Made by a program: the position numbers and the translations under genes. The notes under the pieces were generated by a model. That model was not told the origin of the DNA. It saw only the letters and a list, made by a program, of their open reading frames with translations, and did not search any database. From contig NW_025963890.1 in NCBI RefSeq assembly GCF_023055435.1, positions 4,712,001-4,776,000 of the forward strand: DNA of 64,000 nucleotides. The letters run 5' to 3'. Positions within the stretch are counted from its first letter, which is position 1; each line of letters starts with the position of its first letter. The stretch comes from Haliotis rufescens. Taxonomy: Eukaryota. Shown piece by piece: positions 1 to 11,650 of the stretch.

Positions 1-884
1 TTATATTTTTTCTTCTGAAACAGATGATAATGAAATTACTATTATTACGTATACAATTAATATGGGTAGCTTTTACTGTTGTTTTTAGTGTCATGTGCCT
101 TTTGCCGTGGTTGGTCTTTCTGAATATAAAGCAGACAAACCATTAAACTGTTCGTTCTCTCTAGTAATGCATTACGTTTAGAGGCCACGTCACCTCATTG
201 TGAGACACTACCGGTTCGATGTTCCATATGTAAACTTGTGGATATTGTAATATATTTGTTTCATTAAAATACAGCTCTTAAAAATATTGTCATCTTTATG
301 TTACTCTTGGTGAACACAAACGATCCAAAATGGCTCTTGAATATCTCTTGCAAATAACATATTTTTTCTTTAACTTGGAATGTGTGGAATGCTGAAAGGG
401 AGATAACTCTTTGAAGTTTCTATGTTTTTAATTATTTGACAATCTTCTTCTGATGAGTTCTGTGATGGTTCGCCGGCTTCAGCCAGCGAACATGCAAGGA
501 AATACTTAGCTTTGATTAAATTTGAAATTATTTCATCCACCTGGAAACATTTGTCGCAAATTAAGAAAAAAAGGCTGAAATCGTTTGGACAACTCAATGC
601 ACTCACATCAATGCATTCACAAGATGATCATGGTCTATATCTATCATATCTATCTGTTTGTCAACACGTATTTGCTTCATGATATTAATGACAAGGTTAT
701 TTAATACAAATGTTTCGCAAACATAAAGATGACATTGTTCTGTTAATAATTAAGAAACGATGTTGTCAAAACGCTTACTATAGTGTATAAACACGCGGCC
801 TAAAGTGTTTAGAATAATAATTGTCATTTAATGTGTTGAATCTCAAATACCAAGTCAAGTAAATCTTCGGAAAAATAAAGTATA

Positions 885-1050
885 CACATCGCCGAAACAT
901 TGCACACTTAAGGTCGAGAATACAACCATGATACCCGCATCAAATACATCACCATCGAGTAACCCAGAGACCACATATGATGGTCTCCGAGTAACCATTT
1001 CTTGTTTGTTTGCCACCATCAAACATAACATACTTTCTTTTACCCGCCAG
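885..1050. repeat. Old dispersed repeat (family E), copy 1
   Basis: Similar to 26170-26355 (same orientation) and to 11470-11650 and 17690-17845 (inverted): ...cgccgaaa(c/t)a.tgca.acttaa....gatacccg.atcaa...gccaccatcaaacat. Confidence 0.7.
965..989. mobile_element. 25-bp inverted-repeat insertion with 7-bp TSD (possible DNA transposon footprint)
   Basis: agtaacc|CAGAGACCA catatga TGGTCTCCG|agtaacc; absent from paralogous family E copies. Confidence 0.7.
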
Positions 1051-1164
1051 TGTATGTATAAGTTTCAAAATAAATTATTTACACACGTTATTTCAAATTT
1101 AATGTGAGATTGGTGTTTACTTATAATTAAATATACAATAATTGTATTCTGGTTCCATTATTCC

Positions 1165-1360
1165 AGTGTGAAGACTTACATATTCATGTATATTATCGAG
1201 GTACATTGGTTATTAATCATGTTTCAGTGTGAAGATATCATACTATGTGGGAATTTATTTCACAAATTGATATTTCACAAATTTTCCATCATAAATCATT
1301 CATGGTTTTCCTGCTCTGTCGTTAGAAGCGATCATGACAGGTCAGCGATTGAAGACAATC
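1165..1360. repeat. Old dispersed repeat (family F); second copy at about 16255-16410
   Basis: Shared tgaagacttacatat.catgtatatt.tc.aggtacatt ... gggaatttat ... cagcgattgaagacaat. Confidence 0.65.
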
Positions 1361-2785
1361 TAAGAGGTCAATCAATATGGTTTTACGCCGCTTTTAGCAA
1401 TATTCCAGCAAAATCACCAGAAATGGGCTTCACACATTGTACCCATGTCGGGAATCTAACCAATGTAAGAGGTTCTTAGGTAACATAACATAATATGAAG
1501 ATTTATAAGCCCGAATACGACAGAACTGTCCCGAACGGCCTTATTCTATGTACAGATGAAAACATTTAATTCTCGCTTATGACAAAGAAGAATATGAATC
1601 GTTAATTATTAAACAAATATGAAAAATTCATTTCAGATTGTTTTGAATGTTTAATGTAAGAACTTATTGTAAATGTCTGTTTTCGTGTTAAGATGTAAAA
1701 TGACATTTAGTGTTATCGAATTATGGGCAGAGAGAAGTGGCTTTCACCGTCAGAGGGCAAGTGCTCTGTTGGGCGATTTCCTGCTGTAGTTGTTCGTGGC
1801 TGTCAGTCACTGTGAAGGAACCAATCACAATGCTCGTTGTATCTTATGCGAACATGATGAATATTCATATGTATGTATATTTGTTCCCATGAGAGAAAAA
1901 TCTTTCACCGAATTGCGCCGTTGCCTTTTTAGACTTGCCATATAGGAAATATGGGTATGGAAATATGTATGAATATGTTCATCGCATTTGTAGTTAACAG
2001 TTACATAGAATCATATCACTGGATCTGAAATATTCCGGTAATGTTGCTGTTAATGTTTATATTGAGTTTAATTCGATCTAATACAAAATATGCAAACTTA
2101 TTATAATTTACTTTATAAATAATGCAATCCAGTGTATGAAATTTTAATACTTACTGTTTCTCTCTGGTTATAGGCAAATAAGATGATAATAAAACTATGA
2201 CAAACTACTACAAAGGACTTATTACTTTACTAGAAAGGACAATTGAAATTACTCGTTCAACTGATCAACCACACAGAAAATAACTGGTACAACAAATTCA
2301 TCAATTAAGTAAAATATCAAGGGAGTCGACATTCCTATTGTGCCGTTAATGTATCATTAACATATTAATAAATCATGCATAGTGTACCTTTTATTTCAAA
2401 TATCGCCATAAATATTTGGTACTTGTAGGCACTTCTGTTTTTCCATTCAATCATTCTTTGGGTTTTTTTCTCACTCATAATTAATTGGAACTTGTAGGCA
2501 CTTGCCATTCAATCTTTGTGTACTCATGTATTCCAACCAATACGTTGTATGTCTGTGATACGCATTTAAAATTTGGAAGAACATAAAGATAAGAATTTCA
2601 GGGCTACCCGAAGGTCAATTATTCTAGACCTGATACGTCGTTACAAATCATAAACAGCATGATAGCAAAATATGTCTTCAAAGTGTTTAATGTAAGCGTC
2701 TATGCTTCCAGGATATTAATATTATCTGTCATGATAGATACCCTTGTGAAGAAATCTAATAAAAATATGATAAATTATAGTAAAA

Positions 2786-2924
2786 GAGTGAGTATGGTTT
2801 TACGCCGCTTTTAGCAATATTCCAGCAATATCACGGCGGGGGGCACCAGAAATGGGCTTCACACATTGTACCCATGTCGGCGTGACAAGCGAACGCTTTA
2901 ACCACTAGGCTACCCGACCGCCCC
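2786..2924 (-). mobile_element. SINE family A (tRNA-Asp-like head), internally deleted copy
   Basis: Reverse complement matches 29150-29320 apart from a deletion over the B box. Other partial or decayed A copies lie at about 1376-1455, 10215-10345, 18049-18113, 26590-26672, 26885-26955, 27290-27445, 43624-43705, 47115-47250 and 52500-52620. Confidence 0.9.
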
Positions 2925-5278
2925 TAAATTATAAGCAAGCTAGATACCACTTGTTTTTATATAAGCTCATGGGTATTCAAATAGAACAACACGCACTTAA
3001 TAACAGGTATATATTTATTGATAAAATAAATAAATGCAACAATGAAAAACAGCGGCTAAAACATTATGACAACTATAATGAGTCCATAAACCCGCATCCT
3101 TGCTTAGTTCTCTGAAACGAAGTTGACATTTGATGGTAGAACATTAAAGAGCATAACAAATATTACATACATTCAATGTTATGACCAGCACAGATAGAAT
3201 GAATTGCAATATGACAAATTACATTGTATGAATATTACATTGTCAGATTACATAACAAACACATGTCACGGATATGCCATGCTAATGCTCTTGGTTGAGG
3301 CTGAACATCTGTTTGAGATAGTGACCTAACCCCGTGATTTACACTGAAAACGATCCGTGTTTTTATGCATTTACTTAGTTTCCTGATTTATCAGTGAGTG
3401 AGTGAGTGAGTGAAAAATGTGAAAAGTAAGGAAAGCACCCTTTCCATCATCAGAACAGTTAAGATAACACAACTGAAAATGCATGATCATTCCCATCATC
3501 TTGCTGTATTGATCTCGTGCATTTGCTGTACCTGTAAGAGTGAAGAATTTTTCAGTAGTTAGTTCCCTTTCAAGTTTTCTCAAAATGGTTTAAAACACAA
3601 ATAAGAATTTTCACTCGATGGGACTATTTTATCTTGTAGTGTTTCTAGGTTTGTAATGTCAATGCAACGGCTTGATATGTTGACGATTAATGCCGTTTTA
3701 TCAAAATAACGGCTACAAAAGTGTTTACCAGTTCTACCGTTAGCTGCAGGCGCTGGAGGAGAAGTGGCAACCACTCACACGTTCAAGCTTTCTCCTGCCT
3801 GAATACAATCTTCCCATTGCCAAAGTCACATCACTGTGTAAATCTCTGACAAATTATATAATTATGTGCATTTTAGGGGAGTTGTGGGTTAATGTGTTGT
3901 TTAATTAATTTTCGCCGAAATATCAAGAAATATGGATCGGTAGGAGGTCTGCGCAACAGGCTCATGGAAGAATGACGATGAATATGAATGTCCATAAGAT
4001 AAATTAATATAACCTGATATGAAACATTTGACATGAATATAAGTTTATTGTTTAAAAACAAACTACAAGTATATTGTATGAAAAGATATATGCAGAGAGG
4101 CTGTTTGCTGTTTCTTGTAATTTTATGTGTTACTATCAAACAGTTAATTTCATTGGTGCAATACGTTGAAGATATGGATTGATACAGCACGTGATTGAAC
4201 GACCTAATACTTCTTACAAAGTGTTCCAGAGATCTCATTGTACATGTTACCAACCAACGCCCCAAGCAGATTACTAAATATAGTCATGTGTTACTTGAAT
4301 TTTCTTTCTTTGTAATCTGATTTTTACATCACATGAACTAGGAATACATGTATGTTTTCATTACCATAATATAAAACAAAATGTCAGCTAATACAGTATT
4401 TACATGTTTACAGACACACATTATCATTTTACATTTGACCCCTGGGGATTTAATTCTCAATTGAATAACAGGCATAATAGAAAATAATGGTAAAAATCTA
4501 CGAAAAGTATACATGTTTCATGTACTAGTCTAATCTTAATTTTTTAATATGTAAACGTAATTATGTTTATTTTACATCTACAATATCTATATGAAATAAG
4601 GTACCACCATTATTTCAACTGGTTTTCCCTCTTTAGGGCGGAATTACACACGCGCGCACACTTCAAAGTGTCTCCGTGTGCTCCTATAGTAGCCTGGTTG
4701 TAAGAAGTTCTTCTGTGGCTGTGATTGGTAGAAGTGGGCCTACAAAGGAACACACTAATCTTTCGTCTCTTGTAGATTCCAAAGAAAACAACTCGAGAGA
4801 TTCGCTGAAACTAAGTCTTTACTCAAGTTCGTTATTTAGATTTGCAGATTTACTTTGCTCTTTCATATCGGAGGATGTTTTGCCTGGTAAAAGTCAAAGT
4901 AAGAAAGGTTAGCCCTCCATGCCCTGGTTGTGAAAGAGTAGCGTTAGAGAAACACGATGGGAGCCTTAATTGACTGACTGCGGAGTCTACCAGACTGGAC
5001 CCTCAAAGAGGTTGCGGGCGTGATATTGTCATTGAAAACGGCTTAAATTCTTATCTACTAGATGTTCTTCTTTTATTGATTCTCAATAAGCCTGATAGCC
5101 ATCGCCGTGTCCGCCAAAAGCCTTACGTCGCTTATGGCAACCAATTCTGAAGTGGTGTCCTGTTTCCGACTTCAAACTTCTTCGTGACTGGTTATACGCT
5201 CTCGCTGCGTCTTTAACATTTCAAACCCTGGTAAGAGGAAGCAGACGACACTCCTATCAAAGCGATCTGGCCTGCAGT

Positions 5279-5632
5279 TCACACGCGAGTTTCCCGCCTA
5301 AAACAAGGAATCGATTTCGCGCGGATTAATTGTTCGTCTGCTCGGTTGCGATCGTCTGCTCCCTCCGTCTCGTCCTTATTTACGAGCCGTTGATACAAGT
5401 AGCTAGCTCGGGTGTCCGAACCGCGAAATTTGATATATTTTATCAACAGGAGAAGAATTGAAGACATGTAAAAAGACACAACAGCAACAATATAGTATAA
5501 GGCGTGGATTTGATTCCCGGCCTGTGCCTCTCGCTGCCATCGTGTTACGTTATCAGCTGATGAATTGCTCATTTGTTCAGCAGCTTTGTTCAACATTTGT
5601 TGCGGTATCTCAGTATCCGGACTCATCCCCAT
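5279..5632 (-). CDS. Small single-pass (type III-like) membrane protein, 117 aa, KCNE/MinK-like architecture; single coding exon
   Basis: ATG directly preceded by an in-frame TAG; no signal peptide; sequons N23-S-S and N28-V-T; one hydrophobic helix (about aa 44-64, ALYYIVAVVSFYMSSILLLLI) followed by basic KYIKFR; C-terminal ETRV (class I PDZ-type); GC-richer than flanks; upstream splice acceptor ctctgtcattccAG with exon start at 5726. Confidence 0.75.
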   Translation of the reverse strand: MGMSPDTEIPQQMLNKAAEQMSNSSADNVTRWQREAQAGNQIHALYYIVAVVSFYMSSILLLLIKYIKFRGSDTRASYLYQRLVNKDETEGADDRNRADEQLIRAKSIPCFRRETRV

Positions 5633-6335
5633 CTAATTCCCGCTAATTGACGAGCCGAGACGATACGAGGGGCAGTCGGGCGTTCTGGGGCGAGCAGAAC
5701 AACGCTCTCGGCGGTCGGTGTGGGATCTGGAATGACAGAGACATGTGAAAATATAAATAAATTATTTGATCAACGTTGTTAGAGGTTGGCAGCGATAAGA
5801 CGACATTCCTGCTTTTACCAGAACAGATGCTCTCGGCCCCCCGCCGTGAAACATCAGACGACAGTTATTGACTGGAAAAACCAACATCCATTATCCGGTA
5901 ACAAAATAGAGCTGATTATGGGTTCAAAATTTTGAAAAGAGAGAAGGTTTGTTGAAAAAGGTTCCCGGACAACACCCATAATTCCTTGTAGGTTGTCGGA
6001 ACACCGGAAACAGAAAATCATTTAAAAACAGACAAACACTAATTCCACGGACATTGACGCTAGAAAACATCGGTGTTCATGTTCCGTGTAAACTACCTCC
6101 AGAAATGAAAACGGTTTACGCAGCAGACAACACCCGTTTCTACAAGCATCTTGGGAGTTGAAATTTAAGTCTGTTCTGATTTTGCCTGGCAATAGATAAC
6201 AACCACCATTCGTCTCATCAAAGCTGCTCCGGAAATGGAAACACCATCATTTGGATTGAAACCAGTTAGGGATCAACACCCAACGTCCCTCGAGGATGAG
6301 GATAACAGTTTGTTTTGTACGCATAATCCTGAACA

Positions 6336-6583
6336 GTGAAGATCCGGGTTAGAATTGGCCTCCGGCAACGCATGATTGGCGTAAGAGGCGACTATGCTTG
6401 TCGTAAGAGGCGACTAACGAGATAGGGTAGTCAGGCTCGCTGTGTTGGTTAATACATGTCATCGTACCCTTATTGTATTGATCGATGCTCATGATGGCAA
6501 TCACTGGATTGTCTAGTCCTTCTCGAATATTTACAGACCGCCGTCACATATCTTAGTGCGCCGTTAAACAACAAACAAACAAA
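6336..6583 (+). mobile_element. Retroposon family B (no tRNA head, AAAC tail), diverged copy
   Basis: Aligns with 30742-31000; contains gcttgtcgtaagaggcgactaa and ends gttaaacaacaaacaaac. Confidence 0.85.
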
Positions 6584-7072
6584 TTCAAAATCCTTGATAC
6601 CTCTGCATATCATACTTTAACACTTGCACAATTTATGAGAATAATAGCCTGAACCATCCCCCAGCTTCGTTAAGACGTGATATAGTCTGTCATCGCGAAA
6701 CAGGATAGCTTTGATAACACCAAGGTCAGATTACAATCTTCAGAGAGAACAGCAAATATTCAAGTCAACCCAGGAATACGTCTCCATCTACACGCACGTT
6801 CGTACACCGTCACGTAACACGCAGCATAAATTACAAAGTCACGCGAGTAAAGTGGCATCTTTACTCCTGTGATTGCCACCAACAGTTGGGGTATTGTTCG
6901 ACATACGAGGGGGAGAGGGTGATAAAGTTCCTCCCTCACAGGCCGCGTCTTATCGCAGCACCAGCCACTGTGGTAGGCTCGTATCACCCTTTCGATTTAT
7001 ACGCTTCACTATACACCATCTCTCCATCCTCATTTTTTCCTTCTTTCTTTCTCTTCTTTCAGAATTCCACAA

Positions 7073-7213
7073 GTGAGTGAGTATGGTTTTACGCCGCCTT
7101 TACCAATATTCCAAAATATCACGGTTGGGGACACCAGAAATGGGCTTCACACATTGTACCCATGTTGGGAATCGAACTCGAGCCTTCTGCTTTACAAGCT
7201 AACGCTTTAATCA
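7073..7213 (-). mobile_element. SINE family A copy
   Basis: gagtgagtatggttttacgccg...gggaatcgaac; matches family A in reverse. Confidence 0.85.
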
Positions 7214-7378
7214 TGAGATTACCATACGTGAATATTACATTAATTTTATAACTATACAATAAAACAACTTTTAAAATAATGTTGGGATCTTCTAAATATA
7301 TAGAGACCATCTCGTCATCCGCAAAGTTGACTTCACTCATGGAAATATCTGCTTTGAAGGTAACTCAATGAGATATTA

Positions 7379-7620
7379 GGGGGCACGGGTGGCCCAGTCG
7401 TCTAAGGCGCCGCGATTGTGAAACCTATATGATTGTGGGTTCGAATCCCCGATTATGTTTCTAGGTTTGTCAGCACCATACCCGTGCTCGTGGGTTTCAC
7501 CGATGGTAAACGTCTGAGACCTGCATCACCTCAGGCTTTCCTCCCACATCAAGCTGACACGCCGTGATATAACTGGAATAATGTTAAAAGCGGCGTTAAA
7601 CCCAACTCACTCACTCACTC
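7379..7620 (+). mobile_element. SINE family C (tRNA-Leu/Ser-like head, V-domain-like middle, ACTC tail), internally deleted
   Basis: A-box-like tggcccagtcgtc, B box gggttcgaatccc, V-like gtgggtttc...tttcctcccaca; TSD aatgagatatta at 7367-7378 and 7621-7632. Confidence 0.9.
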
Positions 7621-8954
7621 AATGAGATATTAAACATGTTATCTGACAAGAAAAGACAAACCTTCTTTTTAAACATTTATTTTATTTTCTTGCATGGTTT
7701 TCCTGATCTCACTCTGAAATCCATAGTGACACTGAGGGTTACTGAAAGTACCTCCACCATCAAGTGTTACTTCACGCATGTGAAATATCGATTTTATATA
7801 TGGAGATATCTATAGCATTTCGCCACTAAATACATATTATTAATATAAAGAGTTATCTGTAGTACAGACGGACTGTTGATATTAGTGAATAATGCAGAGA
7901 AAGCCTTTGTGCTATATTGAGATGATATTGTTACACCGTCTACACTGTTTCAGGGGAGACGTTGTTTAGGAGAATTTATAGTTGGCCCCCTGCGTACATT
8001 ATGGGTAGAATAAGACTAAGTTTTACCTGTTTACCAAACTTGAACAGGACCGCGTGTAATGTTGATTTTGGTTTATTTCAAAAGCTCCAGTGTGCACGAC
8101 TGTCGTATTTCAATGGTAAGGTGAGTATTTATTACATATCGCCGTGGGTAAGTTCATACATGTGTAAGAAGTGGAGTATCAATATTACATCAGAAGAAGC
8201 GTTCGAAGGATCTCTCAATACAACTAGAGTAACGTTTTCTTCGTCCTTTTAATTCCATGTCCAGGAGTTTTAATTGAAAACTATATTTTCTCAATTATAT
8301 TTACCAAAAGGCATTCACGATTCATATGGAATTATTATTATTATTAGGTTATTTATACTTTACAGCAGGCAGGCGACTATGCTTGTCGTAAGAGGCGACT
8401 ATCGGGATCGGGTGGTCAGGCTCCCTTACTTGGTTCATGCATGTCATTGTATCCCAGTTGCGTGGATCGATGCTCATGATATCAATCACTTGATAGTTTG
8501 CTCCAGACTCGACTATTCATTCCTGTCTCTGGTCCTTTCGTCTCTGAAATGAACTATGTAACATAAAAAAAAAAAAATTTAAAAAAAAATTAAATAAAAA
8601 TTATAGTTATAAAAAATGATAAAAGGGGCCCAGGGGCTTTCTTCAGTTTCAGATACTGCTGTAATCTTGACCTACTAAATATCATAGACTTGCATGGGCT
8701 CTATTTGATATATTGTTTCAGGGTATGTATGAACGATTAACTTGTTCCTGTACGAGACTGCTCCAGCTGTAGTACGTACAGCATAAACATGTCATGAAAA
8801 GATTTGTTAGATGCTTGCGTCTTTTTCTGAATCTCTGCCAATGTACATCACATCGTATTTGTTTCGTTGACTCTTATTTACCCCTGTTTAGTTTCCGTGT
8901 TTCGGTTGTATGTACAGACTAATATTAGAGCTTTTACGGGCATTTACGGTGGAA

Positions 8955-9236
8955 TGAGTGAGTGAGTGAGTTGGGTTTAATGCCGCTTTTAACAGTATTC
9001 CAGTGATATCACGACGTGTCAGCTTAATGTGGGAGGAAAGCCCGAAGTGATGCAGGTCTCAGACATTTACCACTTCGGTGAAACCCACGAGCACGGGTAT
9101 GATGCTGACAAACCTAGAAACATAATCGGGACGAACCGGCATTCGAACCCACAATCATAGGTTTCTGGCGTGCCCAAGGGACGCAACTCTGCACAGCGAA
9201 TCGCGGCGCCTTAGACGACTGGGCCGTCCGTGCCCC
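8955..9236 (-). mobile_element. SINE family C, full length
   Basis: Near-identical to 15408-15683 and 27537-27822. Confidence 0.92.
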
Positions 9237-9506
9237 CTCCAAATGAACCCAGTTGTACACAGGGATTACGAACAGAATAGTAACTCCACCAATAAGCATA
9301 CGTTTACACTATTTACGGCGTTGGCAATTCCTGGATTACCGCTTTTTTAACTTCTATAAACTGTTAAAGGCATCAATGTCCATGAATAGAATTCACAAGG
9401 ATGGAGTTTTGGTACGATTGTGTATTGGGTGGATTTTAAGTAAGGAAAGAAAGTATTATACGTGCACGTATCAATTTCGTAGTCTGAAGGTGTTTGTTAT
9501 GGCCGA

Positions 9507-9793
9507 GTCCCGTGAAGACCCGGGGTAGGATAGGCCTTCAGCAACCCATGCTTTCCATTAAAGGCGAATATGCTTGTCGTAAGAGGCGACTAACGAGATG
9601 GAGTGGTCACGCTCGCTGACTTGGTTGATGCATGTCATCGTATCCCATTTGCTTGGGTCGATGCTCATGATGTCAATCACTGGACTGTCTGGTCCAGACT
9701 CGATTATTTTCAGACCGCCGTCATATAGCCGTAATATTGCTGAATGCGGCGTTTAACAACAAACAAACAAACAAACAAACAAACAAGTAAATC
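9507..9793 (+). mobile_element. Retroposon family B, full length
   Basis: TSD ttatggccga at 9497-9506 and 9794-9803; starts GTCCCGTGAAG; (AAAC)n tail. Confidence 0.92.
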
Positions 9794-11469
9794 TTATGGC
9801 CGAACCTTTATCAGCATTACGTCATGCACGTGCTGTCAGCCAAAGGTTTAGGTAGTGGTATCATCTCTGTGCCCAATTGGCACATGGTTCGTATTGTGTA
9901 CAAACGTTTAGGAAGTAGAACTTCCCATTATCCATTAACCAGCAGCCTACTCACGAAACCCCTACGTACACGACCAAACCTTTCACGGTAAATGTCCATA
10001 GAAGAAACGACACCGAACGTTTAAAATGATTATGCATGTTATGCTACCTCAATGCGATTGAAGATGAATATCCTTTTCTTTTAATATGTTCTAATTTTAT
10101 TTCTCTTTGAAAAACAATTTGCAATTGTATTACAATAATTGTCCTAAATAAGCTTAGATTTATGAGTAACGATAAGAACAGCTCATCTTCTGTGAAAACT
10201 ATTATAAGTTAACTATTTTATGCCGCTTTTAGCAATATACTAGCAATATCACTGCGGGGGACACACATTGCATCGATCCCGGGAATCAAAACTGGGTTTT
10301 CGGCTTGACGAGCGAATGCCTTAATCACTAGGCTACCCGCCTGCCCGAAAACTATCAAAAGAACGATTGTGTCAATTGTCATTAACATGTATATCTAAAG
10401 GATTCTTATGTACGTAGGCCTATGTCCTTATTCCAGAAATACACACAGAGAGAAAGAGTGAGAGTGAGAGAGCGAGGGAGAGAGAGATGAGTGTGGGGGG
10501 TGTGGGTGTGTGTGTGGGTGGGGGGTACTCGTAATTATAATATAATATAATATCCATTGAATTAAAAACTATTCATATTTCATACATTTTTTACAAATAT
10601 GATCACTGAACAATCTGTGGATCCTGTTGAACTTTTTCATAAACTTTTGATTTATCTTCTATTTTTATGTTCAAGACAGAACGGCACGGAAGCAACAATT
10701 CATTGTGTCAGTGTCATGATTTAAAAACAAATACCAAAAAATCTGCAACCAGTTTCCAGATGTCAAATGAATGATTATCGGATATGTTTCTGAATGATGA
10801 ATGTGAAATGCCCTGCGATGAGACGATTGTCCTGTACACGGTTGTATATTGCCTTATCAGCTACAGCAAGATGGTGATGTCTGACAATGTCTATTTTAGC
10901 TTTAATACCAGGCGTGGCGGATTCCAGAAAACTGGTTATCTATTTGACTTCTTTGGATGTTTTGACAAACAGATCCCAGGAATATAGACTTATCGAAATT
11001 TATGAGAAATAAATTCTTAAGATTTTACATATTATTACAGACGCCTACGTTCCCTGACATTTTAACGTGTACATGTCTGTCCGTGTGACTGGCCCTACGC
11101 TCACTCTCTGAACACGACTGTGTGTACAAGCGTGGGACGGAACATTTAACACCCTTGAATCTGTGAATGAAAGTTGACATCCTAGTGCTCAAATATTATC
11201 ATAAGATATACATGTATATGTTTTTGCTATGCTTGTGGTACTCGAATTTAGCTGGAAAGAGGAAAATATTTTTGACTTCATTTAAACCCAGATCTTGACC
11301 CTGGTGCTTGTCAATGGCTGTAATGAGATTATGCAAAGAGAATGCTATATGCATATGCAGGTGGATTAATGTAGCATTGTGGATGCTGCTTGAGTGCTAG
11401 GTGATTATAAGTGCAAGCAACAGCGAGCATAATTATGGGAGGGGACAAGAAAAAATATATATATTCAAG

Positions 11470-11650
11470 TAACTAAACTGCTGGACATAAGAAAGTATAA
11501 ACCTTGTTTGATGGTGGCTAAAATTGAAAAAAACAGAAAATGGTTATTTGATGATTATGTGTTTGATACGGGAATCATAGCTGTGTATTGGACCTTGACT
11601 TTGCAGTATTTCGGAGACTGTTTTTGGCCGAGTAACGTTTTGATTACCCT
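11470..11650. repeat. Old dispersed repeat family E copy
   Basis: Inverted homolog of 26170-26355. This explains the similar pseudo-ORFs MMVAKIEK... and MMVAIHET.... Confidence 0.75.

Noticed and set aside
370-606. 78-aa minus-strand ORF with an internal acceptor-like ttccAG at about 541
   Set aside because: No recognisable domain and no partner exon; not supportable as a gene.
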